64,000 nt of DNA from Williopsis jadinii (Eukaryota): the NCBI GenBank assembly GCA_024346625.1, contig AP024664.1, forward strand, positions 3,782,001 to 3,846,000, written 5' to 3'. A program made the translations under genes and the position numbers. Positions 32,692-43,166 of the stretch are shown in pieces. A model generated the notes under the pieces. That model searched no databases. It saw only the letters and a program-made list of their open reading frames with translations, and had not been told where the DNA came from. Within the stretch, counting starts at the first letter, position 1. Each line of letters begins with the position of its first letter.

Positions 32692-33513
32692 ATGTCTGGA
32701 GGATACGGAATCCCAGAGGTCGACATGGACTCGGAAGCAAACTTCGTCAGGTTAGGCGAACACATGCGTATCAAGGAGTTCCATGGAAACATCAATGCAG
32801 AAGAAGTGTTAACTTACATTGATGCAGTCACAGCACAATGCTCCGTCATGGGTGCTGTCACTGGGATTACCTGGCTGAAGGTATTCGAAATGCACTTGCA
32901 GGACACAGCCAGAAGATGGTACACGAAGTACAAGATCGGTCAAGAAGCAGCAAACCAGCTGTCAGTGGAACAGACTGTCGCCGACTTCAAGAGCAGATTC
33001 CTGCCAACCGGATACCAAGAGATCGCCACAGAAAAGATCATAGCGCTGAAACAAAGCGGACCGGTTAGCGTATACTGCGATCGCTTTGAGCAACTAAGAG
33101 AACTGTTGCCAAGACCACTTCAAACCGAAGGAACCCTGCAGATACTTTTCATAAGAGGGTTAGACCCGGCCATCAGAACAACGGTCAGAAACCAAAGACC
33201 GGTGGACCTGACTGACTGCTATCGCCATGCACAATGGGCAGATGAGCAGAGAGAGCCAGACTACCGCAGAAGGGGTTTCGGTGGAAGTCGTCAACGTAAC
33301 GGACGTCCATTACCAGGCAAGCGCGCACCCTTGGTCACACGCGAGCTAGAGTACGAGGATAGAATGGACCTGGATGCCATGGCCGCAGAACCTCATAAAA
33401 ACAACAGGAGAACCACCACGGGAAATCCCCAAGGGTGCTTCCTGTGTGGAGAGAAAGGCCACTTCAAGCGCGACTGTCCTCAAAACGGGAGGACTACCTC
33501 AAGAAAACAATAG
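32692..33513 (+). CDS. Retrotransposon Gag (capsid plus CCHC nucleocapsid)
   Basis: LQDTARRWY, MHR-like LKQSGPVSVYCDRF, LFIRGL, zinc knuckle CFLCGEKGHFKRDC; ATG at 32692. Confidence 0.93.
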   Translation: MSGGYGIPEVDMDSEANFVRLGEHMRIKEFHGNINAEEVLTYIDAVTAQCSVMGAVTGITWLKVFEMHLQDTARRWYTKYKIGQEAANQLSVEQTVADFKSRFLPTGYQEIATEKIIALKQSGPVSVYCDRFEQLRELLPRPLQTEGTLQILFIRGLDPAIRTTVRNQRPVDLTDCYRHAQWADEQREPDYRRRGFGGSRQRNGRPLPGKRAPLVTRELEYEDRMDLDAMAAEPHKNNRRTTTGNPQGCFLCGEKGHFKRDCPQNGRTTSRKQ

Positions 33514-36500
33514 AATCGTTCTAGCAGCGATTGAAGTGAAAACAGAAAACCCCGAAAAACAAAAAAACAATACAAAATCCGAAAAAACACAAAAACAATT
33601 CAAAACAACAGAAAAACCAAAAAACAATACGAAGAAAGAAGATTACTCGACGGAACCAAGACTACTGAAGGTACCTGTCGCAGCACAATCTATCATACTC
33701 AATGCAACGTACAACAATGTGACAATATCAGCACATGTTGATTCGGGAGGTCATTGTAACTTTGTCTCCGCCGACTTGGTAGAGGAACTTGAGTTACAAC
33801 AAGAAAGGACCAAACCCATGATAGTCCAATACGCAAAACAGGGCGTAACGAGCACAGCAGATACCGGAGTGCAACTCCCGATTGAGGTGAAACTCAATGA
33901 CACAGTGTCAATCAAGACCAACATTTTGTGCTATGTTGTGGAAGAACTACACTGTCCACTATACCTAGGACGACCATTCCTACAAAAATATGGGGAACAT
34001 ATCTCTTGGAGAGATATCAAACTGAGAGCTGATGAGAGTATGCCAGCCACAGGGATGAGTGAAGACGAGATCCACGCAGCAGAGCGGGATGAACACGAGA
34101 CTCAGGAGACCAAGATGAGTGAAGACGAGATCCACGCAACAGAGCGGGATGAACACGAGACTCAGGAAACAAAAATGAGTGAAGACGAGATTCAGGTAAC
34201 AGAACCGAATGAACACGAGACTCAGGAAATAGAATTGAATGAAATGAAGATTCAGGAAGCGGCAGACATCGAAGCGGATAATAGCAGATGGAAACACAGT
34301 AAGACCGTGGGAGCCGCGGAGGACACTTTAGTTGAGGCAGAACAGTTTGAGAAACTGGCCAAGAAACAGTCAAACTATGTGGCATTGATGCAAATCGAGG
34401 TACTTGATAAGGGAACATTCAAGGTACAGGACCGATTGGGCAGCAAGGCAGAACAGAAGTACGCGAAGGAAATTCAGACGATGTTGGAAAAGTACGCAGA
34501 GGTAGTTACTGATGAGGAACCCAAGGGAGAACCGGTTGAGCGAGAGATAACCCACAGAATTAGACTGATAGAGGGTACGCAACCGATTCATAGGTCACAG
34601 TACAAGTTAAGCTTTGAAGATAAGCAAGAACTGCAAAGACAAGTCGCTGAATTAATTGAAAAGGGATTCATTCGAGAAAGCGAATCACCCTTTAACGCAC
34701 CGGTACTCTTTGTCAGAAAGAAATCGGGAGAGATGAGACTTTGTATCGACTACAGAGCACTCAATACTCAGACGGTAAAGGACAGATTTCCTATACCATT
34801 GATAGACGATATTCTCGCAGCGTTCGGAGAGTGCAAATACTTTTCCAAATTGGATCTTAGATCGGGTTATCACCAGGTCAGAGTTGCTGACCAAGATAGA
34901 TGGAAAACTGCTTTCAGTACTGCAAGAAATCACTATGAGTGGAACGTGATGCCATTCGGACTCACGAATGCACCAGCGACGTTCCAGAGAATGATGAATC
35001 GAGTGTTGAAGGATTACATTGGAGATTTCGTCGAAGTGTACTTAGATGACATCATCATCTATAGTAAGACGAAGGAACAACACATTCACCATTTAGACAA
35101 GGTTTTGAGCAAGTTGAAGGATGAGCAACTGATATGCAAAAAGAAGAAGTGTGAGTTCTTCAAAGAGGAAATCAAATTCCTAGGGTTTACCATATCAGCA
35201 GAAGGAATCGCAATGGATAACGACAAAGTCAGCGCAATCGAGACTTGGCCTAAGATTGAAACGCCTAAGCAGGCACAGAGATTTTTAGGACTAACCAACT
35301 TCTACCGCAGATTTGTCAAAGGTTATTCACAGATTGCTATTCCAATTATCAACTTTGCAGCTAAGAAACAAACATGGACGGAGAAACAAGACGAAGCATT
35401 CGAACAGTTGAAGAAGGCGATGACAACAGCACCATTACTTGTCAGCCCCAAGTTCGAAGACGGATACAAGTTTCAGATAACTACTGACGCCTGTGGTACA
35501 GCACTAGGGTATGTGCTAGAACAACTAGACCCAGCAGGTAAAGTCATTGGAGTTATAGCGTACGGTAGTCGCAAGTTGCAAGGACCAGAACTACGATATC
35601 CAGTTAGGGAATTAGAATTCATGGCTATCATAGTTGCAATCAAGACTTGGAAATATTACCTAGGATCACCGAAGTTTATCATCAAGACAGATCATCACTC
35701 GTTGATTTACCTGAATAGACAAGAACAATTGAACAGTAACAGAATGGCAAGATGGATTGATTTCCTAGCGCAATTCGACTTCGATATTGTCTATATCAAG
35801 GGTAAGAACAATACATTGGCAGACGCACTGTCAAGACGAGATGACCCGCCAGAGACCGTGAGCTTAGAAGCTATGGAATACACACAGGAAATAAATGACG
35901 AATTGAGAGACCAAGTCCTCAAAGGATATGAACACGACGCAGAATTTGCAACAATTTACGACGTGTTGAAACATGACAAACCAGTTCCAAAGGAGATACG
36001 TCATTACATCACACACTTCAAACTAGAGAATGGATTCCTACTTTACAATGCCGTTGAAGGAGGTGACTACCAGTTAGTGATACCAAATTATCGGGACTTA
36101 CACGATAGACTAACGTTGAATGTACACGAGTTACCTACAGGAGCGCATTTTGGAGCATTCAAAGTTTACGAAGTGTTACGCAGACAATTTTATTGGCCAA
36201 AGATGTACAAGAAGATCACGAAGTTAATTCGTTCTTGTGACATTTGCCAACGGGCAAAACAGGCAACAACATTGACAAAAGGACTTTTGAAACCACTGCC
36301 AATTCCTGGGAAAAAGATGAGTTGGATTACAATGGACTTCCTGACAGGAATTCCTACGACCAAGAAAGGATTTGACATGATCTTTATCATTGTTGATCGC
36401 TTATCCAAACGATGCAAATTCATCCCATGCACCAAGAACTTGACAGGTGAAGGAGCAGCAGAGCTATTCATTAGTCACTACTTTTGCAATTTCGGAATTC

Positions 36501-37453
36501 CTCAGAAAATCGTATCTGATAAAGATATCCGATTTATGGGAGGATTTTGGCAGACAATTACACGAAACCTAGGAATATCACTACTTAATACGACCACATC
36601 ACATCCACAGACGGATGGTCAGTCAGAAAGACAAGTGAAAACAGTGAGTGAACTACTACGAATGGTGTGCTTTGGAAACATATACGATTGGGAGAGATTT
36701 TTGCCAGCAGTTGAATTCGCTTGCAACTCTACAGTTCAACAATCTACACAACGAGTACCATTTGAAGTTGACTATGGTATGATTCCAGATTCACCAACGT
36801 TCACCAAGATGTGGGATTTAGACAAACATTACGATCCTAGAGCTGAAGAAGAAGCACAAGCAATGGAGGCAGTTATGAGACAGACTCAAGATTTCCTCGC
36901 AGAAGCTCAACGTGCACAAGAAAAACAACATAATAAACATCGAACAGCAGCAGTGTTCAAGGTTGGCCAGTACGTTCTCGTTCATAAGTTGGTTTGGGGG
37001 GGAAGAGACACTTACTCGAAGTTGAAACCATTATACTTCGGACCCTTCCAAATTGTCAAAGTGATCAATGAGAATGCAGTAGAACTTACACTACAAGGAG
37101 GTACAAGGAAACAAAAAACTATTAATGTCCAATGGTTAAAGGAATATGTGGAAAGGGACAAAAAATGGCGAAAACAACCACCACACTTTCCAGATTATGC
37201 CACGAGAAGAATTAATGAAGTCGCAGCGATTGTGGGACTCAACGATGAAGAACAGACTTATAGTGTCATTTGGGACGGGTGTGATCCTACACATGCTACA
37301 CAAATCACATATAGTCAGTTTGAGATGATCGAAGAATCAAGAAAACGAGAGCTTAAGATGGACATAGATTTGTTACAACCAGTACCAGAAAGATTAAGAA
37401 ATGCAAGTCGTACAGAAGATCCAACGACCTTTCTCCAACCAGAGGAACTATAA
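33350..37453 (+). CDS. Retrotransposon Pol (PR-RT-RNase H-IN), +1 frame relative to gag
   Basis: VDSGG protease, MPFGLTNAPATF/YLDD RT, TDA..ELE..TDH..ADALSR RNase H, HHCC and DDE integrase, GPF motif. Frame open from 33350, overlapping gag. Confidence 0.95.
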   Translation, partial: STRIEWTWMPWPQNLIKTTGEPPREIPKGASCVERKATSSATVLKTGGLPQENNRIVLAAIEVKTENPEKQKNNTKSEKTQKQFKTTEKPKNNTKKEDYSTEPRLLKVPVAAQSIILNATYNNVTISAHVDSGGHCNFVSADLVEELELQQERTKPMIVQYAKQGVTSTADTGVQLPIEVKLNDTVSIKTNILCYVVEELHCPLYLGRPFLQKYGEHISWRDIKLRADESMPATGMSEDEIHAAERDEHETQETKMSEDEIHATERDEHETQETKMSEDEIQVTEPNEHETQEIELNEMKIQEAADIEADNSRWKHSKTVGAAEDTLVEAEQFEKLAKKQSNYVALMQIEVLDKGTFKVQDRLGSKAEQKYAKEIQTMLEKYAEVVTDEEPKGEPVEREITHRIRLIEGTQPIHRSQYKLSFEDKQELQRQVAELIEKGFIRESESPFNAPVLFVRKKSGEMRLCIDYRALNTQTVKDRFPIPLIDDILAAFGECKYFSKLDLRSGYHQVRVADQDRWKTAFSTARNHYEWNVMPFGLTNAPATFQRMMNRVLKDYIGDFVEVYLDDIIIYSKTKEQHIHHLDKVLSKLKDEQLICKKKKCEFFKEEIKFLGFTISAEGIAMDNDKVSAIETWPKIETPKQAQRFLGLTNFYRRFVKGYSQIAIPIINFAAKKQTWTEKQDEAFEQLKKAMTTAPLLVSPKFEDGYKFQITTDACGTALGYVLEQLDPAGKVIGVIAYGSRKLQGPELRYPVRELEFMAIIVAIKTWKYYLGSPKFIIKTDHHSLIYLNRQEQLNSNRMARWIDFLAQFDFDIVYIKGKNNTLADALSRRDDPPETVSLEAMEYTQEINDELRDQVLKGYEHDAEFATIYDVLKHDKPVPKEIRHYITHFKLENGFLLYNAVEGGDYQLVIPNYRDLHDRLTLNVHELPTGAHFGAFKVYEVLRRQFYWPKMYKKITKLIRSCDICQRAKQATTLTKGLLKPLPIPGKKMSWITMDFLTGIPTTKKGFDMIFIIVDRLSKRCKFIPCTKNLTGEGAAELFISHYFCNFGIPQKIVSDKDIRFMGGFWQTITRNLGISLLNTTTSHPQTDGQSERQVKTVSELLRMVCFGNIYDWERFLPAVEFACNSTVQQSTQRVPFEVDYGMIPDSPTFTKMWDLDKHYDPRAEEEAQAMEAVMRQTQDFLAEAQRAQEKQHNKHRTAAVFKVGQYVLVHKLVWGGRDTYSKLKPLYFGPFQIVKVINENAVELTLQGGTRKQKTINVQWLKEYVERDKKWRKQPPHFPDYATRRINEVAAIVGLNDEEQTYSVIWDGCDPTHATQITYSQFEMIEESRKRELKMDIDLLQPVPERLRNASRTEDPTTFLQPEEL
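34055..34234 (+). repeat. 60-bp tandem repeat x3 in pol (MSEDEIHAAERDEHETQETK)
   Basis: Units start at 34055, 34115 and 34175; progressively degenerate. Confidence 0.9.
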
Positions 37454-37479
37454 TGATGGGGACCATCATTTGAAGTGAC

Positions 37480-37488
37480 GGGGGAGAA
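37480..37488 (+). other. Polypurine tract
   Basis: GGGGGAGAA immediately 5' of the 3' LTR. Confidence 0.8.
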
Positions 37489-37963
37489 TGTGAGGTATCA
37501 GAATCGGATTATGGATCGGATTATGTCAGCAAGCATAGCTGGACCAGAAGAAGAGCCAGTAAGAGCCGAGGAGTTACAACATACGCTGAATCAGAAGAGA
37601 AAGAGCCAGTAAGAGCCGAGGAGTTACAACATACGCTGAATCAGAAGAGAAAGAGCCAGTAAGAGCCGAGGAATTACAGCAGTCGACTAGATTCAAAGAG
37701 AGACTGAAAAAACGTTAGAAATAATATATAAAGAAAGAATCCTGCGAAGAAGGTTCTTTCAAGAGGAGGTTTAGAAAAGGATTAAGCAATTAATACAAGC
37801 CCAAGTTTACCTTAAGGAAACCGTAAGCTCAGTATAAACCTCAGACCCAGGACTTAGGTATAGGAGTCAGGAAAGAATAAGCCAAGGTATAATAAGAAGC
37901 GTTCAGAACTGAGAGTTCTGAAGATTATTATAATTGGTATTGTGCAGAGGAAGAAATCTCACA
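37489..37963 (+). repeat. 3' LTR
   Basis: 475 bp, same sequence as the 5' LTR, followed by TSD CTTCC. Confidence 0.97.
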
Positions 37964-37976
37964 CTTCCGTGAATTT

Positions 37977-38058
37977 GGCAACCTGGCCGAGTGGTCTAAG
38001 GCGCCAGGTTAAGGTCCTGGTCTCTTCGGAGGCGCGAGTTCGAACCTCGCGGTTGTCA
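37977..38058 (+). tRNA. tRNA-Leu(AAG)
   Basis: GGCAACC/GGTTGTC acceptor stem, CCAGG-TTAAGGT-CCTGG anticodon arm, long variable arm, GCGAG-TTCGAAC-CTCGC T arm, A73; T8 terminator 38071-38078. Confidence 0.96.
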
Positions 38059-38376
38059 ATTATCGCATTCTTTTTTTTACATGTTCGGCATCTCAGCTCA
38101 TCAACGCAGAGCACTTCTGCCTCACAGCGTTGCCTACGTCGTAACAGTGATCGTACACATCAATTGGATGATAATACTTATGTAGTGTTTCTCCCTATCG
38201 AGCTTGATGCTTGTGTGTTCGAGCTTCGTGAATATATATCCGTTTCTGTATGTTTCGCTGTCTGTATGTGTTTTCCGTGTTTTATGCCTGTTGATGTGTT
38301 TTTCCACGCCAATGTTTTGATGGCTTCATCGTCACACTCACGCGGTTCAGTACCGGAATCCCTGTGTGGACCAACG

Positions 38377-40634
38377 ATGGATGCTTCAGTGGTTCTGATC
38401 TCAGATTCAGACGGCGATGTTGTTGAGATGTATGGCTTAGAGCTTCATGTTTCCAGAGGACTTGTCTAACATTGCACCATAGCCTTTCCGAGGAGCCAGT
38501 GACGTCTACGCAACAGAATGGCATAGAGGACCGCAACGTTGGTGGGTTGCACACGGTGTCCCCGTTGCCAAAGTCTTCAGCTCCAGTAGAGCCCACGACG
38601 GCTGATATACGCCAGATTTCGTACGATGCTATAACTATTGAGTCCAGCCCGAAGGTGTCGCATCACAAGGATGATACCATGTTGAGAAAGCTGAGGGCTG
38701 ACAGGGTTCTCAAGTCCTTCTGTGAAGATATCAGCGATAGTGATGACGATGTAGGTGAATCATCTGTGATGTCGCGAGGTGTTTCAACTGTTTCGAACCT
38801 TGTGCAAACGGACAAACCGTTGATCTCTACACCGCCAAAGGTTGATTCATATAGGAAGCACGTTTCTCATTCTTATGAAGACATTGGTGTCGATAGTCCA
38901 GGTATTCCGGCCCCATTGTCCAAACAAGCACACAAGCCATCGAACAGTGTCATCTCAGCTAAGGATGACGGCTTCAATCTACTAGACGATGATGCGAACA
39001 AGTCTACACGTGCCAAACCTATTCAGCCATCCCTATTTGTTCCGTTTGATGAGGATGAGGACTCATCTCTGTCGAGCATCATTCCAGTGGCAGTGAAGTC
39101 GCCGTCGTACTGCAAAGGAAATACAAGTAAAGATGTCCATGAAACTGGCGATGATGAGGATACACCGTCGATCGTACGGCACGACGTTATACTATCAAGT
39201 TCATCATCAAGCGATGATGAAGAAAGCCTCGTGGCTGTGTCCCACAAGGCACCAAAACAACTTCCTGAGAACTACGAGTTCGACAAACGACTTATAACGA
39301 CCTCTGTTGGACATGCCAATCCATTCTTGAAGAAGCTGATAAAGAATGCCTCAACAACCAGGGAGAAGCATGACCATCTCAGAAAGCAAAGAGAAAGAGA
39401 GCGACTGGACGAACAATTCGCTAGATCTATTGATCAGCAAGAAAGGGACCATGAAGTAACAATGGATGTCGTACAAGAGGAAGATGAAACTATTGACTTC
39501 ACGTCTTCACCAGATTTTGATGAAAAGGCACCGAGCTCTTTTAGCTCCTCGAAGACCAAGGCACTTCATGCTTCAACATCCGATAATCAGCACAGTACAA
39601 CGACAACAGTATCTAGCAGTTCAACCAACAATGCTACTACGAGAAACACCTCTGGTAAGAAAACACCAGCGGAGAAGAGGCTGGAGAAGGAAGAACTGCG
39701 GCGTTGGAAAGACGCCAATAGAGTCACGAGGAAGAAAGAAGATCTTTTATCAGAAATGGTTATAAGCATTCCCGGCTCAGTGCTATCTTTGATCAAGAGT
39801 AAGCAGTGCGAGGAGATTCTCTTTGGAATTGAAATCCGTGAATACCATAAAGCAGATCCATTCATTACGTGGCAAAGAAAAGTCAACGCTGAGTATGACC
39901 AGGTCACTGATTCGTTTATGCCGACATCTCCTAGGGTAATTGAGGAAGACAAGTGCTGTCTTGTTTATGATGCTAAGGACTTTGTCACGATAATGTCAAT
40001 GGAGACGATATTGAACAAGCTGAATCGGTTCAAGAAGGATAATCCGAGATTTAGTACCATTGTTATCATGTTAATAGGATGGGATCAGTTGGTTCAAAAG
40101 GTCAAAAACGCTGAGAATAGAAGGTACACTGAGCGAATACGAGGTAGCTCTGTTGAAGAACCCAATAAAAGAAGGAAGAAGAAGCAATCACTGGAAGAAC
40201 AACTGAACCTTGAGGAATTGGAGACCACGTTGGCACAGCTGAAAGTCCATGGGTTTAGAATCTTCACAACAAAGAATGTTCACGAAACCACTGTTTGGTT
40301 ACAGTCCTTCACCTACGCAATCGCACAAGCCCGCTACGATAAGCTAGTTCGTCACCCAGAGTTTGCCAACGTTGGTAATATCAAGTCTGGAAAAGATATT
40401 CGAGATACGTATTTCAAAATGCTCCTGGAGTTGAAGTTTGTCACTGAGCCGAGAGCAAAGAGAATCACCAATAACTTTCCCTCGTTGTCTTCTCTATATC
40501 AGACTGTACAGCAGTGCAATGGCAGGTTACCCTATGGTGATGATGGTCGAGCAGTGATGAACACCAACATCGAATCCACAATTATAAAACTCTTCAAGTC
40601 TCACGACGATAAAGAATTGCTACATATGGACTAA
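38377..40634 (+). CDS. MMS4: Mms4/Eme1 subunit of the Mus81 endonuclease; spliced join(38377..38429,38483..40634)
   Basis: C-terminal ERCC4-like domain (ITWQRKVNAEYD..F.P...IEE) and HhH region. 53-nt intron GTATGG..TCTAAC..TAG supplies an ATG exon in frame (MDASVVLISDSDGDVVEI|LSEE). Near FES1 and SIF2 as in S. cerevisiae. Confidence 0.82.
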
Positions 40635-40754
40635 TTGGAACAGCATATGGTTTATTTAGAATGGCTTTTCCTGTTCTTTATGAGCTCCAGCTTATAAAAG
40701 GATCTATAAAGACACACGCACATATTATTAGTAAGCCTGTTTCCAGCTGTAAAT

Positions 40755-41606
40755 TCAAAGAGTTACTTGCCTCAAGATCTGCACGTCATCCAAGTTAACC
40801 ACATCCATCAACTCTGTCTCGATGAAGCCAACTTTCTCCGTTATTACTTTACGATCACTGTCCGTGAATTTGAACCCAGCCCTGATCAATTCCACTATAA
40901 TGTTGATAGCCTTGTCAACGAGTGAAATGTCATTCTCCTTTGATATCAACGATGCCAACTTGGTCACAATATCGTACTGTCTAATGTGATCCCAAACGTC
41001 CTCTTGTTTCCCTGAGCTCAGGATCGAGCTTAACAGACTCAAAGATCTTAGCTTCGTCTTATTGTCAGTCTCATCATCGGAGAGTATAGGCCCAATCAAC
41101 TCCCATCCTTTGTGCTCGTCAAAGGATTCATAAGCCTTTGTATTGTTTCTGATAAGACTTGAAAGAGCATAGAGACTCTTCAGTCTCGACTCCTTCTTGT
41201 GCGCAAGCGCAATCAGACTCGGTACACCCTGTGGATACTTGGTGAAATCTGCTTGCGACTTGTCGTTGTTCTGTACAGCTGTTCCCACAATGGAGCATGC
41301 CAACTGCTGTAACTCCAGTTCCTTCTCCAGCGAGAGCAGATCTATGATCGCATCCCACATCTTCATGTTCTCGATGTTGTTGGCGTTGTCCAGGTTCTCA
41401 ATGAGCATCTCGAAGTTCTCCAACGCCGTCAGCTTGGTCTCCAACTCCGCCTCCTCGGATTGAACCACTGCAATGGCCTCCTTCATCAGCTGTGGATCGT
41501 CAGCGGCTCCAAACAGCTTCGCAAGAAGCTTGGAATCAGGAGCTGGCACCTTACCAGCAGTCTCAGGGTCCTGTTGCGCTAAAGACCAGTTCAGTATCTT
41601 ATCCAT
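40755..41606 (-). CDS. FES1: Hsp70 nucleotide-exchange factor Fes1
   Basis: MDKILNWS, ALENFEMLIENLDNANNIENMKMW, GTAVQNN. Confidence 0.95.
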   Translation of the reverse strand: MDKILNWSLAQQDPETAGKVPAPDSKLLAKLFGAADDPQLMKEAIAVVQSEEAELETKLTALENFEMLIENLDNANNIENMKMWDAIIDLLSLEKELELQQLACSIVGTAVQNNDKSQADFTKYPQGVPSLIALAHKKESRLKSLYALSSLIRNNTKAYESFDEHKGWELIGPILSDDETDNKTKLRSLSLLSSILSSGKQEDVWDHIRQYDIVTKLASLISKENDISLVDKAINIIVELIRAGFKFTDSDRKVITEKVGFIETELMDVVNLDDVQILRQVTL

Positions 41607-41731
41607 GTTCTCGGTGTTTCCCGTGCGATTGAACCGTGTTGATGTCTTCCTTCCACAGCTGTGTTGTGTGCTGTGTGTGTGTTTTTATAGTTGCGATGAG
41701 CCTGTGAAATTTTATGTTTTCTTCTTTAGCG

Positions 41732-41750
41732 TTCTAGAACTTTTTCCGGA
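41732..41750. promoter_or_regulatory. Heat-shock element upstream of FES1
   Basis: TTCTAGAACTTTTTCCGGA about 125 bp upstream of the ATG; Reb1-type TTACCCGG near 41813. Confidence 0.62.
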
Positions 41751-41864
41751 GGTTGTCAAGTTGCCCGGGAGACCGGTTTAGGTTCATTTATCCGTGTATT
41801 GCCGACTTTTATTTACCCGGATACACATGGCGAGTTGTATGAATACTGACACTATGCCCAGTTA

Positions 41865-42966
41865 TCACAGTTTAGAGGCTCTAAAGAACTCCTTTGATAG
41901 CTGGACCACTTTCTCAGCTATGCCAAAGGACGATTGGTAACCTGCAGGGCCGACACCGTAGTTATGGATGATGTTACCTTCTCTTTCAACGCGAACACCA
42001 CCTTCTCTTGCTGGTCTGAGACCAACATTCTCTCCAAACACCTCAATGTGGCTTGGATTGCCCAGTTTGGGGTCAATCAACTCAGGGATGTACTTCTCTG
42101 CACGGGCAACCATACGCTTGGTCAGCTCAGGGTCTGGTTTCGAGCCCCATTGGTTCTTAAGGAACGTGCCTCCAATGATACAGCCACCTTCCTTTCTTGG
42201 GAACATGTATAGAGACTCGCCCTCGTAGTTTCCCTTGATCTTCACAGAGACTTGTCTGGTGGCATTGTTTCTTGCCCAGAGAACCTGCCCACGGATTGGG
42301 AAGCACTTCTCATCTTCAACTCCCCCGAGGAACCGTGCAGATAGCCCAGTACAGTTGATAACCAAATCTGCCTTTTCACCGGACTGATGGTGGTTGAAGG
42401 CCTCATTGACGTGCTTTACCTCCACACGTTTCAACACGCCACCTTTGTTCAGAAATTTCTGCAATAAATAGTTCAGGTATATCGTCGTTGAGATGGTCAC
42501 TGAGTCCATGCCCCAGCCACCAACAAAGTCCTCAATCTGTGGATACTCGTCTTTGCTCAACAGGTGGAAGTTCTGCACTCTACTGGCAAACCACGGGATC
42601 TTCACCTTACCCTCATGTAAGCCATCCTTTCTCACAAAGTTGACGCTTGGAACTATGTGAACCCCTGCGCCAGGCTCGCTGGCCAGCTCCAGGAACTTGT
42701 TATACCCAACAATGTCAATATCCTGTGTGACCTTATCATCCGCACTGGCAAACGAGTGCCAATTGGCACCAGCATATGGAGAAGTGTATCTGATATCCAA
42801 ATCCCCAGGAATGTGTCTGCCAATAATCGTCACACTGTGTCCTTCATCTTGAAGGTACAACGCGCATGTCAGCCCTGATACACCAGCTCTGAACACCCTA
42901 TTAGTCACCATGGAACATCATCCACACACGCCACCGAACTCACCCTAAAACAACAACTTTGCCCAT
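41865..42966 (-). CDS. Peroxisomal D-amino acid/D-aspartate oxidase; spliced complement join(41865..42888,42944..42966)
   Basis: 55-nt intron GTGAGT..GACTAAT..CAG (42943-42889) restores MGKVVVLG|AGVSG (GxGxxG); TSPYAGANW, PIRGQ, VGLRPAR, HNYG; PTS1 -SKL. Confidence 0.92.
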
Positions 42967-43166
42967 TGTGTCTTCCTCGATTGATGGGCCAATTGATGGC
43001 AACTACACGGTTGAAGATAACGAAATGTTGCGATGGGCTCACTATTTATATGCGCGTAGATACAGGTCCCAAAACGGTATGACGTAGCGCGGGACTCCCT
43101 CCACAGAATCCATTCCGCAAACAGAAGGTGGAAGAGAGCGAAGAACAGCGTGAAGATGAGGCCTCT

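Larger units (their letters stand above)
32179..37963 (+). mobile_element. Complete Ty3/gypsy LTR retrotransposon (5785 bp)
   Basis: Two 475-bp LTRs bounded by TGTGAG..CTCACA, 5-bp TSD CTTCC (32174-32178 and 37964-37968), PBS, PPT, uninterrupted gag and pol in PR-RT-RH-IN order. Confidence 0.98.

Noticed and set aside
37942..38376. 5' part of the 175-aa ORF 37942-38469
   Set aside because: It runs through the LTR end and the tRNA-Leu gene; only 38377-38429 is coding (MMS4 exon 1).
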